A DNA stretch of 64,000 nucleotides from Gammaproteobacteria bacterium (GTDB lineage Bacteria; Pseudomonadota; Gammaproteobacteria; Magnimaribacterales; Magnimaribacteraceae). The stretch is from contig DQKS01000070.1 of the NCBI GenBank assembly GCA_015660645.1, forward strand, positions 5,417 through 69,416, read 5' to 3'. The notes below the pieces were generated by a model. The model searched no databases and was not told the origin of the DNA. It was given only the letters and a program-made list of their open reading frames with translations. The translations under genes were made by a program, and so were the position numbers. Each line of letters begins with the position of its first letter. Positions within the stretch are counted from its first letter, which is position 1. Positions 10,188 to 22,072 of this stretch are shown here, in pieces.

Positions 10188-10271
10188 ATGTAAAGGGGCG
10201 GTCGTTGACCTGAGATCTGAAAAAGAAACCCTTTGAACCTGATCCATACAATAATGGCGGAGGAATTGCAT
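10188..10271 (+). promoter_or_regulatory. TPP (THI-box) riboswitch
   Basis: Conserved elements in order: GGGGCG, CCTGAGA, ACCCTTTGAACCTGATCC, a CCAT...ATGG stem with TAAT, and GCGGAGGAA. A P1 stem can form between ATGTAA (10188-10193) and TTGCAT (10266-10271). It lies directly 5' of the TonB receptor ATG at 10270. Confidence 0.85.
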
Positions 10272-12381
10272 GCTTACTAAAAATAGATCTTTTATTTTAA
10301 TTCTTTTATTACTTTCTTTATATAGCAAAGAAATAATCTCTGAGACCCTGGAAGAGGTTGTCGTCCTGGGAGATTGGCGTCAGACTTCACCAGATCAAGA
10401 AGACTCCAGTGTTGTCTTGTTGGATGCCAACACAATAGAAGCGCAATCGACAAACCACTTCGAACAACTTGCTTACCTCGTACCAAATTTAAATTTTGCT
10501 GCTAGTGATTCTAGGGCTAGATACTTTCAGATTAGAGGGATTGGTGAAAGATCTGGATACCAAGGAACACCTAATTCTTCTGTGGGGTTTTTAATAGACG
10601 ATATTGATTATTCAGGACAAGGCGGTATAGCTACTACCTTTGATGTAGACCAGATCGAAATTCATCGAGGACCCCAAGGCTCCAGAATAGGAGCAAATGC
10701 TTTGGCGGGACTGATATACATTAAAACTAAAGATCCAACGGATGAGTTTGAAGTAGCAGGTGAAATAACTTTAGGTTCTTATGGGAAAAGAAGTACCGGT
10801 TTTGCTGTTGGAGGACCTTTAAATGAGAATAAAAATATTTCATATAGGTTGGCTCTTAGTCAAGATAAAACGGATGGTTTCAGAAAAAATCTTTATTTAA
10901 AAAGGTCTGATACTTCCAGAAAAGATGAAACGACAAGTCGGTTTAAGATGAATTGGCAGATGAATGAAAAAACATCCATTAAATTGTTAATTTCACTAGT
11001 TGATCTTGATGACCCTGCAGATATCTGGACTCTTGATGGGAGTCTAAATACCCTTTCAGATAGACCAGGGATGGATTCTCAGAAAACGAACTCGTACGGA
11101 TTGAAGGTGTTCCATAATTTTAATGGCTTTGATTTACAAAGCTTAACAAGCTCTACCATTACTGAAGTTATCTTCAGTTACGATGCCGATTGGGGAAATA
11201 AAGAATCCTGGAATCCTTTTGTGTACGATTATTTTTCTGAAACCTTGAGAGACAGGAAAACCGTAAGTCAAGAATTTAGGCTTGTTTCAAATGAAGTTGA
11301 TCTAGCTAATGGTGAAAAGATTGAATGGATCTTAGGGGTGAGTTATTCAGAAATAGAAGAGTCCAATCTCAAGAACGATGACGGTAATTATAGCGAGCCT
11401 TCCGATCCGTACGGACCTTATTTCAGCCAATCTTCCTCTTCAAGTAACTACAAGTCAGAAAATTTCTCAGTGTTTGGAAATCTGGGTTATTTTCTTTCTG
11501 AAACTTTAGAATTGTCTTTAGGAATGAGATGGGAGGATTGGCAGTCAGACTATGTCGACACCCTTGGAGATAGTTTTAATCCGTCCAACGACATGACCGG
11601 AGGCAAGGTCTCTTTAATTAAAAACTTGGAAATTGACGCAAGCCTTTTTGCAAGTATTGCCAAAGGCTATAAACAGGGAGGTTTTAATCTTGGTTTGGGC
11701 CTAGAATCAAACTCTTTGAACCAAAACCTTTTGTATGATCCTGAATATCTTACCAATTATGAATTGGGTGTAAATTCTAAAATATTAGATTCAAGAATAA
11801 ACCTTTCAGCGGTCATATTTTATTCTGACAGGAAAGATCAACAAGTTTTCATATCTTCTCAAGTAGATCCTTCTGACCCTAACACTTTCTCTTTTTTAAC
11901 CAAGAATGCTGCCGAAGGTTTAAATTACGGGCTTGAGATGAATGTAAATATGGATTTAAACGAAAGTTTATATATTTTTGCTAACTTAGGCTTGCTTGAA
12001 ACAGAAATAAAGAACTGGGAATCTAGACCAGATCTTGAGGGGAGGTCGCAAGCTCATGCTCCCAAGAGAAGCTACGCAGTTGGTTTGAATTGGAAGCCAG
12101 CTAAGAATTATTTTCTAAGACTGGATGTAACAGGAAAAAGCAGTTTTTATTATTCCGACTCACACGATAAACAATCACAATCATATTCCTTAACAAATTT
12201 AAGTTTGGGTTATCAAGAACATCAATGGAAAGCAGAATTATGGGTACGAAATGTATTTGACAGTTACTATTCAGTAAGAGGATTCTATTTTGGTAATGAA
12301 CCACCTAACTTTGAAGATACTTTGTATGAAAGACAGGGCGACCCAAGATACTTCGGAGCTTCACTGCAATATGATTTTTAA
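10270..12381 (+). CDS. TonB-dependent outer-membrane receptor (predicted thiamine/thiamine-precursor uptake)
   Basis: Signal peptide, then a plug-domain region (EEVVVLGD...IEIHRGPQG). About 700 aa of beta-barrel-type sequence ending in ...SLQYDF with a terminal aromatic. Substrate inferred from the riboswitch. Confidence 0.85.
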   Translation: MLTKNRSFILILLLLSLYSKEIISETLEEVVVLGDWRQTSPDQEDSSVVLLDANTIEAQSTNHFEQLAYLVPNLNFAASDSRARYFQIRGIGERSGYQGTPNSSVGFLIDDIDYSGQGGIATTFDVDQIEIHRGPQGSRIGANALAGLIYIKTKDPTDEFEVAGEITLGSYGKRSTGFAVGGPLNENKNISYRLALSQDKTDGFRKNLYLKRSDTSRKDETTSRFKMNWQMNEKTSIKLLISLVDLDDPADIWTLDGSLNTLSDRPGMDSQKTNSYGLKVFHNFNGFDLQSLTSSTITEVIFSYDADWGNKESWNPFVYDYFSETLRDRKTVSQEFRLVSNEVDLANGEKIEWILGVSYSEIEESNLKNDDGNYSEPSDPYGPYFSQSSSSSNYKSENFSVFGNLGYFLSETLELSLGMRWEDWQSDYVDTLGDSFNPSNDMTGGKVSLIKNLEIDASLFASIAKGYKQGGFNLGLGLESNSLNQNLLYDPEYLTNYELGVNSKILDSRINLSAVIFYSDRKDQQVFISSQVDPSDPNTFSFLTKNAAEGLNYGLEMNVNMDLNESLYIFANLGLLETEIKNWESRPDLEGRSQAHAPKRSYAVGLNWKPAKNYFLRLDVTGKSSFYYSDSHDKQSQSYSLTNLSLGYQEHQWKAELWVRNVFDSYYSVRGFYFGNEPPNFEDTLYERQGDPRYFGASLQYDF

Positions 12382-12400
12382 TCTTTTAAATAGCCTTTAA

Positions 12401-12964
12401 ATGGAAATCCTTGCTGTTTCTTTGGCTGTGCTCTACCTGGCACTGGCTGTTAAGCAGAACATTCTTTGTTGGTTGGCTGCAATATTAAGTGCTGTCTTGT
12501 ATTTTTTTGTAATGTATTCTGCAGGACTGTACATGGAGGCTTGTTTGCAGATTTTTTATATAGTCATGGGGTTTTACGGATGGTCGCAATGGCAATCAAA
12601 TGAGTCCAAATTTATTATAAGAAGCTGGAGCAACGTCAATCACTTCAAAGCAATAAGTTTAATTCTACTGCTTGCTTTATCTTCAGGTTTTTTACTAGAG
12701 ACTTTTACGGATGCGGCCCTGCCATTTTTTGATGCTCTAACTACTTGGGGCGCTGTGGTTGCTACTTATATGGTAGCTAAAAAACTTATAGAGAACTGGA
12801 TTTACTGGTTTGTAATTGATTTTATCTCCGTATTTTTATTTCTATCTAGAGATTTACACTTAACAGCTTTATTATTTTTGGGATATCTCGTGATGATTTG
12901 TTTTGGCTACAGAGCATGGAATAAAACAAGACTTAACATAAAAAAAAAGGCTTCTGCTAAATAG
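12401..12964 (+). CDS. pnuT: PnuC-family vitamin transporter, predicted thiamine-type (PnuT)
   Basis: 187 aa, multi-TM and Trp-rich (GWSQWQ, NWIYWFVIDF), like PnuC. Lies 19 nt downstream of the riboswitch-controlled receptor. Specificity is an inference. Confidence 0.7.
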   Translation: MEILAVSLAVLYLALAVKQNILCWLAAILSAVLYFFVMYSAGLYMEACLQIFYIVMGFYGWSQWQSNESKFIIRSWSNVNHFKAISLILLLALSSGFLLETFTDAALPFFDALTTWGAVVATYMVAKKLIENWIYWFVIDFISVFLFLSRDLHLTALLFLGYLVMICFGYRAWNKTRLNIKKKASAK

Positions 12965-12981
12965 AACAGAGCCCTTTTTTT
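12941..12981. terminator. Probable bidirectional intrinsic terminator between pnuT and katG
   Basis: A-tract, imperfect hairpin GGCTTCTG / CAGAGCC, then a T-tract (CCCTTTTTTT). It sits between convergent genes and overlaps the pnuT stop. Confidence 0.5.
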
Positions 12982-12997
12982 GATTTAATGCTTCAGA

Positions 12998-15139
<2,142 letters not shown>

Positions 15140-15337
15140 CTAGTATTAAAAATATTTGTTTTTTGAGTGTGGTTGCATCATTGCTAAATTTTACAGATTT
15201 TTTAAAGCAGCGCTACAAATTCATACATCAAAAAAAATCTATGCTCCTTTATTCAAAATATGAATATGAATCATGTTATTTATTAATCTAATAAATATGA
15301 GAGAATGAACTAGGTTTATATTAATTGGGAGCTAAAA

Positions 15338-15817
15338 ATGGCAAAAGCTTTATATCCTGGAACCTTTGATCCTGTTACTTTGGGTCACATAGATCTTATA
15401 GAAAGAGCTCTTCACTTATTTGATGAAGTAACTGTAGCCATTGCAACAAGTGAATCAAAGACCCCAGTTTTTACCCTCGAAGAGCGTATTGATCATATAC
15501 AAACAATCTTTGAAGGAAATAAACGTATTAAAGTTATAGGTTTTACTGGTTTAGTAGTTGATCTCGCTAAAGAGGAAGAAAGTAAAATTTTAATAAGAGG
15601 TCTTAGAGCAGTTTCTGATTTTGAATATGAATTTCAAATGGCCAATATGAATAGAGCCATGTCTCCTGATCTTGAGAGTGTTTTTCTAACGCCTAAAGCT
15701 AAATTCTCTTTTCTTTCTTCTACTTTAGTTAGAGAGATTGCTTCTATGGGAGGTGAAATATCTTCTTTTGTAGACCCTATCATTGAAGAAGCACTTAAGA
15801 AGCGCTTTAAAGTTTGA
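15338..15817 (+). CDS. coaD: Pantetheine-phosphate adenylyltransferase
   Basis: YPGTFDPVTLGHIDLI nucleotidyltransferase motif. 159 aa. Confidence 0.93.
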   Translation: MAKALYPGTFDPVTLGHIDLIERALHLFDEVTVAIATSESKTPVFTLEERIDHIQTIFEGNKRIKVIGFTGLVVDLAKEEESKILIRGLRAVSDFEYEFQMANMNRAMSPDLESVFLTPKAKFSFLSSTLVREIASMGGEISSFVDPIIEEALKKRFKV

Positions 15818-15818
15818 C

Positions 15819-16634
15819 TTATTTTTGACAATTGGAGCAGTAGACACTTCCTCTTTGCCCTATCTTGAGATTCTTAAGGGTAGATTTGCAAACTTTACAT
15901 TCTTGTCCGGCTCTCCCATAGACATTTAAACGCTGTTTAAAATAACCTGGTTTGTTATCTCCCCCTACAAAATCTCTTAATGTTGTTCCGCCTTCATCTA
16001 TAGATCTGTTCAGTAAATTACTTATTTCTATAGCCAGAGATTCATATTGATTTCGAGATACTTTACCGGCATTTTTTTTTGGTCTTATACCGGAGAGAAA
16101 TAATGCTTCGCTGGCATATATATTTCCAATCCCCACAACGACTTTTGAGTCCATAATAAAATTCTTGACAGGCATTGTCTTCTTTCTAGATTTTTCAAAA
16201 AGATGAGCTCCTGAGAATTCATTACTCAATGGCTCAGGCCCTAGTTTACTAATGAGGGGGTGAGAATACGGTTCTTTGGTCCACAAAAAAGAACCAAAAC
16301 GTCTTGGATCTGTATAACGTAGAATAGAATTATCTTTAAAATTAATATCTATGTGGTCATGCTTTTCAGGTGCAGATTTATTGTTAAATATCCTTAAACA
16401 TCCTGACATTCCTAAATGAATAAGAACAAATCCATTTTGACTCTCAAGAATAAGATATTTCCCTCTTCTTCGGATAGACACAAAGGAGTTATCAATCAGG
16501 TTAGTTTTTAAACTATCTTTAGGAACGGGCCAGCGTAAAGAAGGATTTCTTACTGTTACTGATGTAATCTTTTTATTTAATATATGAGGCTCAATGCCTC
16601 TTAGGGTTGTTTCAACTTCTGGTAACTCAGGCAC
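15819..16634 (-). CDS. mutM: Formamidopyrimidine-DNA glycosylase
   Basis: N-terminal MPELPEVET and a C-terminal zinc finger CKVC...CSNC. Confidence 0.93.
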   Translation of the reverse strand: MPELPEVETTLRGIEPHILNKKITSVTVRNPSLRWPVPKDSLKTNLIDNSFVSIRRRGKYLILESQNGFVLIHLGMSGCLRIFNNKSAPEKHDHIDINFKDNSILRYTDPRRFGSFLWTKEPYSHPLISKLGPEPLSNEFSGAHLFEKSRKKTMPVKNFIMDSKVVVGIGNIYASEALFLSGIRPKKNAGKVSRNQYESLAIEISNLLNRSIDEGGTTLRDFVGGDNKPGYFKQRLNVYGRAGQECKVCKSTLKNLKIGQRGSVYCSNCQK

Positions 16635-16654
16635 TTATGAAAGATTCATATTTA

Positions 16655-17992
16655 TTACTCCATTCTGTCACTAATCGAAATTAAGTCTCCTGGATTTAGT
16701 GAGCCCACAGATGCTTTTAATCTAAGCATTGCTATAACATATTCATACCTAGAATTTGCATAGTCAGCTTGAGCGGAAAATAATCTTTTTTGAGCATCAA
16801 GTAAATCAACCGTATTTCTTGTTCCTACTTCGTAACCAACCTCGGTTGCTTCAAGGGCAGACTTAGCAGACTTTAAGACTTGTTTTCTGGCAGTCACATT
16901 AGCCACTTGGGTTTGCACACCAAAATGATTGGATCGAATATCTTTAATGGTCATCCTTTCTTGGTAAATAGATTGCTCTTTGCTTTGATCATAATTTGCC
17001 CAAGCTTGTCGTCTTCCAGAACTAATAGATCCTCCTGCAGATAAAGGGATGTTTACTTGTATACCATATTGCCTTGTGTCTTGTTCAATACCAAATAGGG
17101 GGTTTTGTATGAATCCACCAAACTTTCCTTGCTTCGAAGTACTCTTGGTGTTTCTACCTATAATGTCTATTTGTGGCAAGTGAGCTGAACTACTAGCTCT
17201 AGCATTACTTTTCGCTGCATCTTTTTGCAATCTAGATGCAATTAATTTGTAGTTGTTCTTAAGTCCTAGATCAACCCAAGCTTTCCTATCACTTGGGTTA
17301 GGTAATAAAATCTCAAAATCATCTGCTAAAGGAGAGAGCAAAGGAGTATCAGTTCCTATAATAGCTGCCAAACCTTCTTTTGCAGCGTCTAACTGAGCTT
17401 CTCTTGCTATTGTCGATACGACAGTTAAATCATAGGCAGCTTGAGTTTCATGAAGCTCTGTAATAGCTGCTAAGCCGACCTCAAACCTTTTCTTAGCTAA
17501 ATCTTTCTGCCTCGCTATGGCCTTTTCTTCTGCTTTTGCTGCATTTAAGCTATCAATAGCATTCAAAACATTAAAGTAAGCCGTAGCAACTCGAACCATG
17601 GTTTCTTGTTGTTGATAGGCAAATTCTGCAGTCGCGCTTTTAGTTAAAGCTTTGCCTTGTTTAAATTTAAACCATCTATCCAATCTAAATAGTGGTTGAG
17701 AAAGACTTGCTGAGTAATTATTAGAGTTATAAGCATCTCGAAGTTGATCTTGAACTCTATATTCATTCCAATTTGTTGAACCCGAAACGCTTAGATTTGG
17801 CAATAATCCTGCTCTTCCTTGAACTTTATATTCCTTGCCTGAACGATAAGAGGCTTCGGCGGATTTTATCAAAGGGTCATTTGTTAAAGCTAATTCATAT
17901 ATGTCCTGAAGATTTTCAGAAAAAATCGATCCTGAAAATACAATAGAGCTTGCAAATAATACTTTGCAATAAATTAATAAATTTTTGAACAT
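16655..17992 (-). CDS. tolC: TolC-family outer-membrane efflux protein
   Basis: Signal peptide from the ATG at 17992, with GAGG 5 nt upstream. Internally repeated coiled-coil/beta structure typical of TolC. The 14-aa upstream extension was rejected. Confidence 0.8.
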   Translation of the reverse strand: MFKNLLIYCKVLFASSIVFSGSIFSENLQDIYELALTNDPLIKSAEASYRSGKEYKVQGRAGLLPNLSVSGSTNWNEYRVQDQLRDAYNSNNYSASLSQPLFRLDRWFKFKQGKALTKSATAEFAYQQQETMVRVATAYFNVLNAIDSLNAAKAEEKAIARQKDLAKKRFEVGLAAITELHETQAAYDLTVVSTIAREAQLDAAKEGLAAIIGTDTPLLSPLADDFEILLPNPSDRKAWVDLGLKNNYKLIASRLQKDAAKSNARASSSAHLPQIDIIGRNTKSTSKQGKFGGFIQNPLFGIEQDTRQYGIQVNIPLSAGGSISSGRRQAWANYDQSKEQSIYQERMTIKDIRSNHFGVQTQVANVTARKQVLKSAKSALEATEVGYEVGTRNTVDLLDAQKRLFSAQADYANSRYEYVIAMLRLKASVGSLNPGDLISISDRME

Positions 17993-18228
17993 ATTAACCT
18001 CGTTTTCTTTAGGTGTGTTAGTAGAGTATAACACCTATTTTGATAACGCCAAAATATAAAGAAAATTTCTTGTTATACAAAGTTCATATTTTTATGATTT
18101 TTTGCAAAACTTTGATGAAAAAGAATTGAAATCATTGCTACACTATCTTCCAAACTTAATTTTAGTTTTAATAATCATTAAAGGGTTCAATGTAAGAACA
18201 ATAATTTAATAACTGATAAGGAGAATAA

Positions 18229-18711
18229 ATGAGTATAAAAGTAGGAGACAGATTGCCTTCAGTAACTTTAACAACCATGACTGATAAAGGGCCAAAACCA
18301 TTAACAACAACCGAATTATGTGAAGGAAAAAAAGTTGTACTTTTTGCAGTACCAGGAGCATTCACGCCAACTTGCAGTGTTCAGCACTTACCTGGATTTA
18401 TTAATAATACTCAATCTTTTAAAGATAAGGGAGTGGACTCAGTAGCTTGTGTTTCAGTTAATGACCCTTTTGTTATGGGAGCTTGGGGAAAAGATAGAGG
18501 AGTAGGAGAAGATGTTTTGATGCTTTCTGATGGCAACGGAGAATTTACAGCTGCCATAGGTTTGGAGATGGACGGTAGTGGTTTTGGTTTAGGTACTAGA
18601 TCACAGAGGTATGCAATGATTGTTGATGATGGAGTTGTGTCAACCTTGAATGTTGAGTCAGGACCTGGACTTGATGTGAGTTCAGCTGAAACAATTCTCT
18701 CAAAATTATAA
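18229..18711 (+). CDS. Prx5-type (PrxD-like) peroxiredoxin
   Basis: PGAFTPTCS peroxidatic-Cys motif. 160 aa. Confidence 0.88.
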   Translation: MSIKVGDRLPSVTLTTMTDKGPKPLTTTELCEGKKVVLFAVPGAFTPTCSVQHLPGFINNTQSFKDKGVDSVACVSVNDPFVMGAWGKDRGVGEDVLMLSDGNGEFTAAIGLEMDGSGFGLGTRSQRYAMIVDDGVVSTLNVESGPGLDVSSAETILSKL

Positions 18712-18712
18712 A

Positions 18713-19951
18713 ATGTCGAAACCGATTTATGACATAGGACAGATCTGTGAGCTTGATAAATGGGAGACATTTATCAATGGCCAGCCGTTCGAGACTTTTA
18801 AAAGACTTCGAGCCGAAGCTCCTATCTACTGGCATGAAGAAGATTTGCATTTTGAACCAGGGTTTTGGGCTCTAACTAAGCATGAAGACATTATTCAAGT
18901 TTCTAAAGATCCAAAAACCTTTTCTTCAGCTGTTGGAGGTCACTTGATGACGATGGGTGACCCTGAAACTATCGACCCTGCTGCGGTAGCAGCCATCATC
19001 GGTAATATGATTGGAATGGACCCTCCTGAGCATCAAATTTATAGAAAAATGGTCGCTCCTAGTTTCACTCCTAAGTCTATCAGGAGCCTAGAAGATGGTA
19101 TGAGAAGCAAGGTTAGAGAGTTGTTAGATAATGTAGCTGACAAAAAAGAGTTTAATTTTGTAACTGAGATTTCCGAACAACTACCTTTATGGGTGTTATG
19201 TGAAATGATGGGTATAGAAGAGTCTGAAAGACCTAAAATACGGAACCTAGTAAACAATCTAACCGACGCTTCAATTCAACAAGACCCAGAAAAAGGAATG
19301 CAGGTTTGGTTCAATTACATGGAGCTCTTCAAGATGGGAAGAGACATGATTGAAGAGAGAAGAAAAAATCCGACCGATGATCTAATGAGCGTCGTGGCTA
19401 ATACTCAAGTTGAAGGGGATCAGTTGCCTGCTGAGTTATTAGATGGTTTCTTTTTACTTATGGTTATTGCAGGAAATGAAACAACACGTAACACTATAAC
19501 TGGGGGTTTGATGGCTTTAACCGACAACCCCTTGGAAAGACAAAAATTAATAGAAGATCCTTCTTTAATAGCAAATGCAACGGATGAAATGTTGAGATGG
19601 GTAACCTCTGTAATCTATTTTAGGCGCACCGCTACAAAAGACGCTGTCATCAGAGGCCAGGATATTAAAAAAGGCGATAAAATTGTCATGTGGTACGGCT
19701 CTGCAAATAGAGACGAAGATATTTTTGAAGATGGGCACTTATTCCAAGTTGATAGACCAAATGCCAAGAAACATTTAGCTTTTGGAGCAGGAGAGCATTT
19801 GTGTCTTGGAAATAGACTGGGCCATATGCAAATAAGAGTATTATTTGAAGAATTGCTTTTACGTTTTCCTGATATTAAGTATGTTAAAGATCCAGTTAGA
19901 ATACCTTCAAACTTTCTTGCAGGCATATCAGAGCTTAAAGTTAGTATTTAA
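18713..19951 (+). CDS. Cytochrome P450
   Basis: Cys-ligand loop FGAGEHLCLG, ExxR (EMLRW) and I-helix AGNETT. Confidence 0.92.
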   Translation: MSKPIYDIGQICELDKWETFINGQPFETFKRLRAEAPIYWHEEDLHFEPGFWALTKHEDIIQVSKDPKTFSSAVGGHLMTMGDPETIDPAAVAAIIGNMIGMDPPEHQIYRKMVAPSFTPKSIRSLEDGMRSKVRELLDNVADKKEFNFVTEISEQLPLWVLCEMMGIEESERPKIRNLVNNLTDASIQQDPEKGMQVWFNYMELFKMGRDMIEERRKNPTDDLMSVVANTQVEGDQLPAELLDGFFLLMVIAGNETTRNTITGGLMALTDNPLERQKLIEDPSLIANATDEMLRWVTSVIYFRRTATKDAVIRGQDIKKGDKIVMWYGSANRDEDIFEDGHLFQVDRPNAKKHLAFGAGEHLCLGNRLGHMQIRVLFEELLLRFPDIKYVKDPVRIPSNFLAGISELKVSI

Positions 19952-19953
19952 AA

Positions 19954-21045
19954 ATGCTGACCAAGGCCGACGATTTCCCCATACATCAACTCCCCGTACC
20001 AATATCTGAGGTTGGGTCAGAAAGAAATTTTTATGATCGTTATTTCTTTAATGGTTATAACGAAGGGGGGGAGGTTTTCTTTGCAACCGCAATGTGTGTA
20101 TACCCAAACTTAAATCTGATCGATGGAAGTTTTGTTTTTGTCAAAGACGGAATACAACATAATTTTAGGTATTCGAGAGTTCTTGATCAAGAGCGCATGA
20201 ATACTAAAGTAGGGTCGCTAACGGTTGAAGTAATTGAGCCTTTAAAAAAGTTAAGAATTAGCATAAATGATGAAAGTAATGGTATTTCTGCTGAACTAAA
20301 TTTTGAAGGGCGTTTTGATCCTGTACAAGAACCACGTATGACTCTTATGAATGGCCCCAGGGTTTCTATGGATTCTACTAGGCTGACCCAGCATGGCAGA
20401 TGGACGGGAAAAATAAACTTCAAAGGTACTAGTGTAGAAGTAAGTCCAAAAAGCTTCATGGGAACTCGTGATCGTTCTTGGGGAGTTAGACCTGTGGGTT
20501 CTCCAGATTCACAAGCAATGGTTCCACTTAAGCTTCCTCAATTCTATTGGCTATGGGCACCAGCTAATTTTGAAACATTTTCTTCCCACGTGTATTTTGT
20601 TGATAACGAGGAAGGTGAAATGACACATTCTCATTCTGTTTTACAAGAGAATAAAAAAGAAACTGAGATATTAAGTACCCCAAAAAAGATAATAACTTAC
20701 GAAGAAAATTCAAGAAGGATTGCTAGGGCTGAAGTCATTTCAAGAAAAAATGATGGCAGCGAAGTTAAATTAATTATTCAGCCAAAATACAGAATGTTTA
20801 TGTGTGGTCTTGGATATATGCATCCTGATTGGGGTCATGGTATGTACCAAGGTGAAAATGAATCTATGTACGATAGTTATGATCTAAAAGAGGATCCTCA
20901 TGATCCGCCTTTTCTTCATGTACAGGCCATCTCAAACTTTACAATTACGATGAATAATCAAACTTATAGAGGCACGGGTGTACTGGAAGAGCTTTTGATA
21001 GGCAAGCACAAACCAAGCGGTTTTGAAGGATTATTAGACCGATAA
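19954..21045 (+). CDS. Conserved-looking hypothetical protein (363 aa), function unknown
   Basis: Long ORF, 2 nt after the P450 stop. Distinctive strings are DDFPIHQ, GTRDRSWGVRP and YMHPDWGHG. No signal peptide or TM segment. Confidence 0.7.
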   Translation: MLTKADDFPIHQLPVPISEVGSERNFYDRYFFNGYNEGGEVFFATAMCVYPNLNLIDGSFVFVKDGIQHNFRYSRVLDQERMNTKVGSLTVEVIEPLKKLRISINDESNGISAELNFEGRFDPVQEPRMTLMNGPRVSMDSTRLTQHGRWTGKINFKGTSVEVSPKSFMGTRDRSWGVRPVGSPDSQAMVPLKLPQFYWLWAPANFETFSSHVYFVDNEEGEMTHSHSVLQENKKETEILSTPKKIITYEENSRRIARAEVISRKNDGSEVKLIIQPKYRMFMCGLGYMHPDWGHGMYQGENESMYDSYDLKEDPHDPPFLHVQAISNFTITMNNQTYRGTGVLEELLIGKHKPSGFEGLLDR

Positions 21046-21049
21046 AGAG

Positions 21050-22072
21050 ATGAATAACGAAATTCAACTTGGTGAAGAATTCGTTAACTATTATTCTGAG
21101 CTTAAACAAGAGATTTTCACACTCAAGTCTATAAGTCGAATATTTGGTGGTGCCTCTAGAGAAACTTACCGTTTGTCTGTTTTAAATAAAGATTTAATTG
21201 AAACTAACCTCATATACAGGAGAACACAGTCAAGTGCATTAATTGAAACTGAACAGTTAACGGAATATTCTGCTTACTTAGCTTTCCAAGATTCTAAAGT
21301 TCCCGTTCCTAGGACCATTGCTATAGAGGAATCTCCAGATACACTTGGAGCACCTTTTATGGTTATGGAAGAGTTGAGGGGAGCTGCTGCAAGTCCTTTT
21401 GATCAAGAAGCCTATTCGCCTTACGAAGAAAAATTAGGTCATCAGTTTTGGGATATTCTAGGCGAAATAGTTCTTAAAGATATTGATGATCCAAATCTTG
21501 CTTCTATTCCTAGAACGGAATCTAAAGAATCTTGTTGGAAGAGAGAATTAGATCATTGGGTTAAGGTTATAAGGCAAGACTCATATAGCGTTGAGCCGAT
21601 CCTAGAGGCTGCTATTAGAGAACTTTATAGAAATTATCCCAAAGACTCTGCTAAAAAATGTTTAGTGCACGGAGACTATAGAAATGGGAATTTCTTATCT
21701 AAAGAAGGTACTTTAGTAGGTATATTAGACTGGGAAATGGCTCATATTGGAGACCCACTTGAAGATTTAGCTTGGGCTATGTCACCTATTTGGTGTTGGA
21801 AAGATCGTGACCGCCCTTCCTATTTAATTAAAAGAAAACAAGCTTTAGATGTGTGGCAGAAAAAGACTCAAATTAAGATAGAAGTAGAATCTTTAGCTTG
21901 GTGGGAACTCTTTGCTTGCGTAAAAGGTCTTGCTATATGGATATCTGCAGGTCATGAATTTATTACTGGCAGCAATACTGATCCCATTAATTTATTTTCA
22001 GCTTGGATACCAGGCGATATTCATATGGAAATAATCTTAGAAACTCTAGAAAAAGAATTTAGATCAAGATGA
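21050..22072 (+). CDS. APH/choline-kinase-fold phosphotransferase family protein
   Basis: Catalytic loop LVHGDYRNGNFL and metal-binding region ILDWEMAHIGDPLEDLAW. Confidence 0.85.
   Translation: MNNEIQLGEEFVNYYSELKQEIFTLKSISRIFGGASRETYRLSVLNKDLIETNLIYRRTQSSALIETEQLTEYSAYLAFQDSKVPVPRTIAIEESPDTLGAPFMVMEELRGAAASPFDQEAYSPYEEKLGHQFWDILGEIVLKDIDDPNLASIPRTESKESCWKRELDHWVKVIRQDSYSVEPILEAAIRELYRNYPKDSAKKCLVHGDYRNGNFLSKEGTLVGILDWEMAHIGDPLEDLAWAMSPIWCWKDRDRPSYLIKRKQALDVWQKKTQIKIEVESLAWWELFACVKGLAIWISAGHEFITGSNTDPINLFSAWIPGDIHMEIILETLEKEFRSR

Noticed and set aside
18713-19951. The idea that the P450 is an H2O2-driven CYP152-type peroxygenase, prompted by the adjacent peroxiredoxin and the missing redox partner
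   Set aside because: The I-helix keeps the acid-alcohol pair (AGNETT) typical of O2-activating monooxygenases, rather than the Arg-Pro arrangement I recall for CYP152 enzymes. A redox partner encoded elsewhere is more likely.
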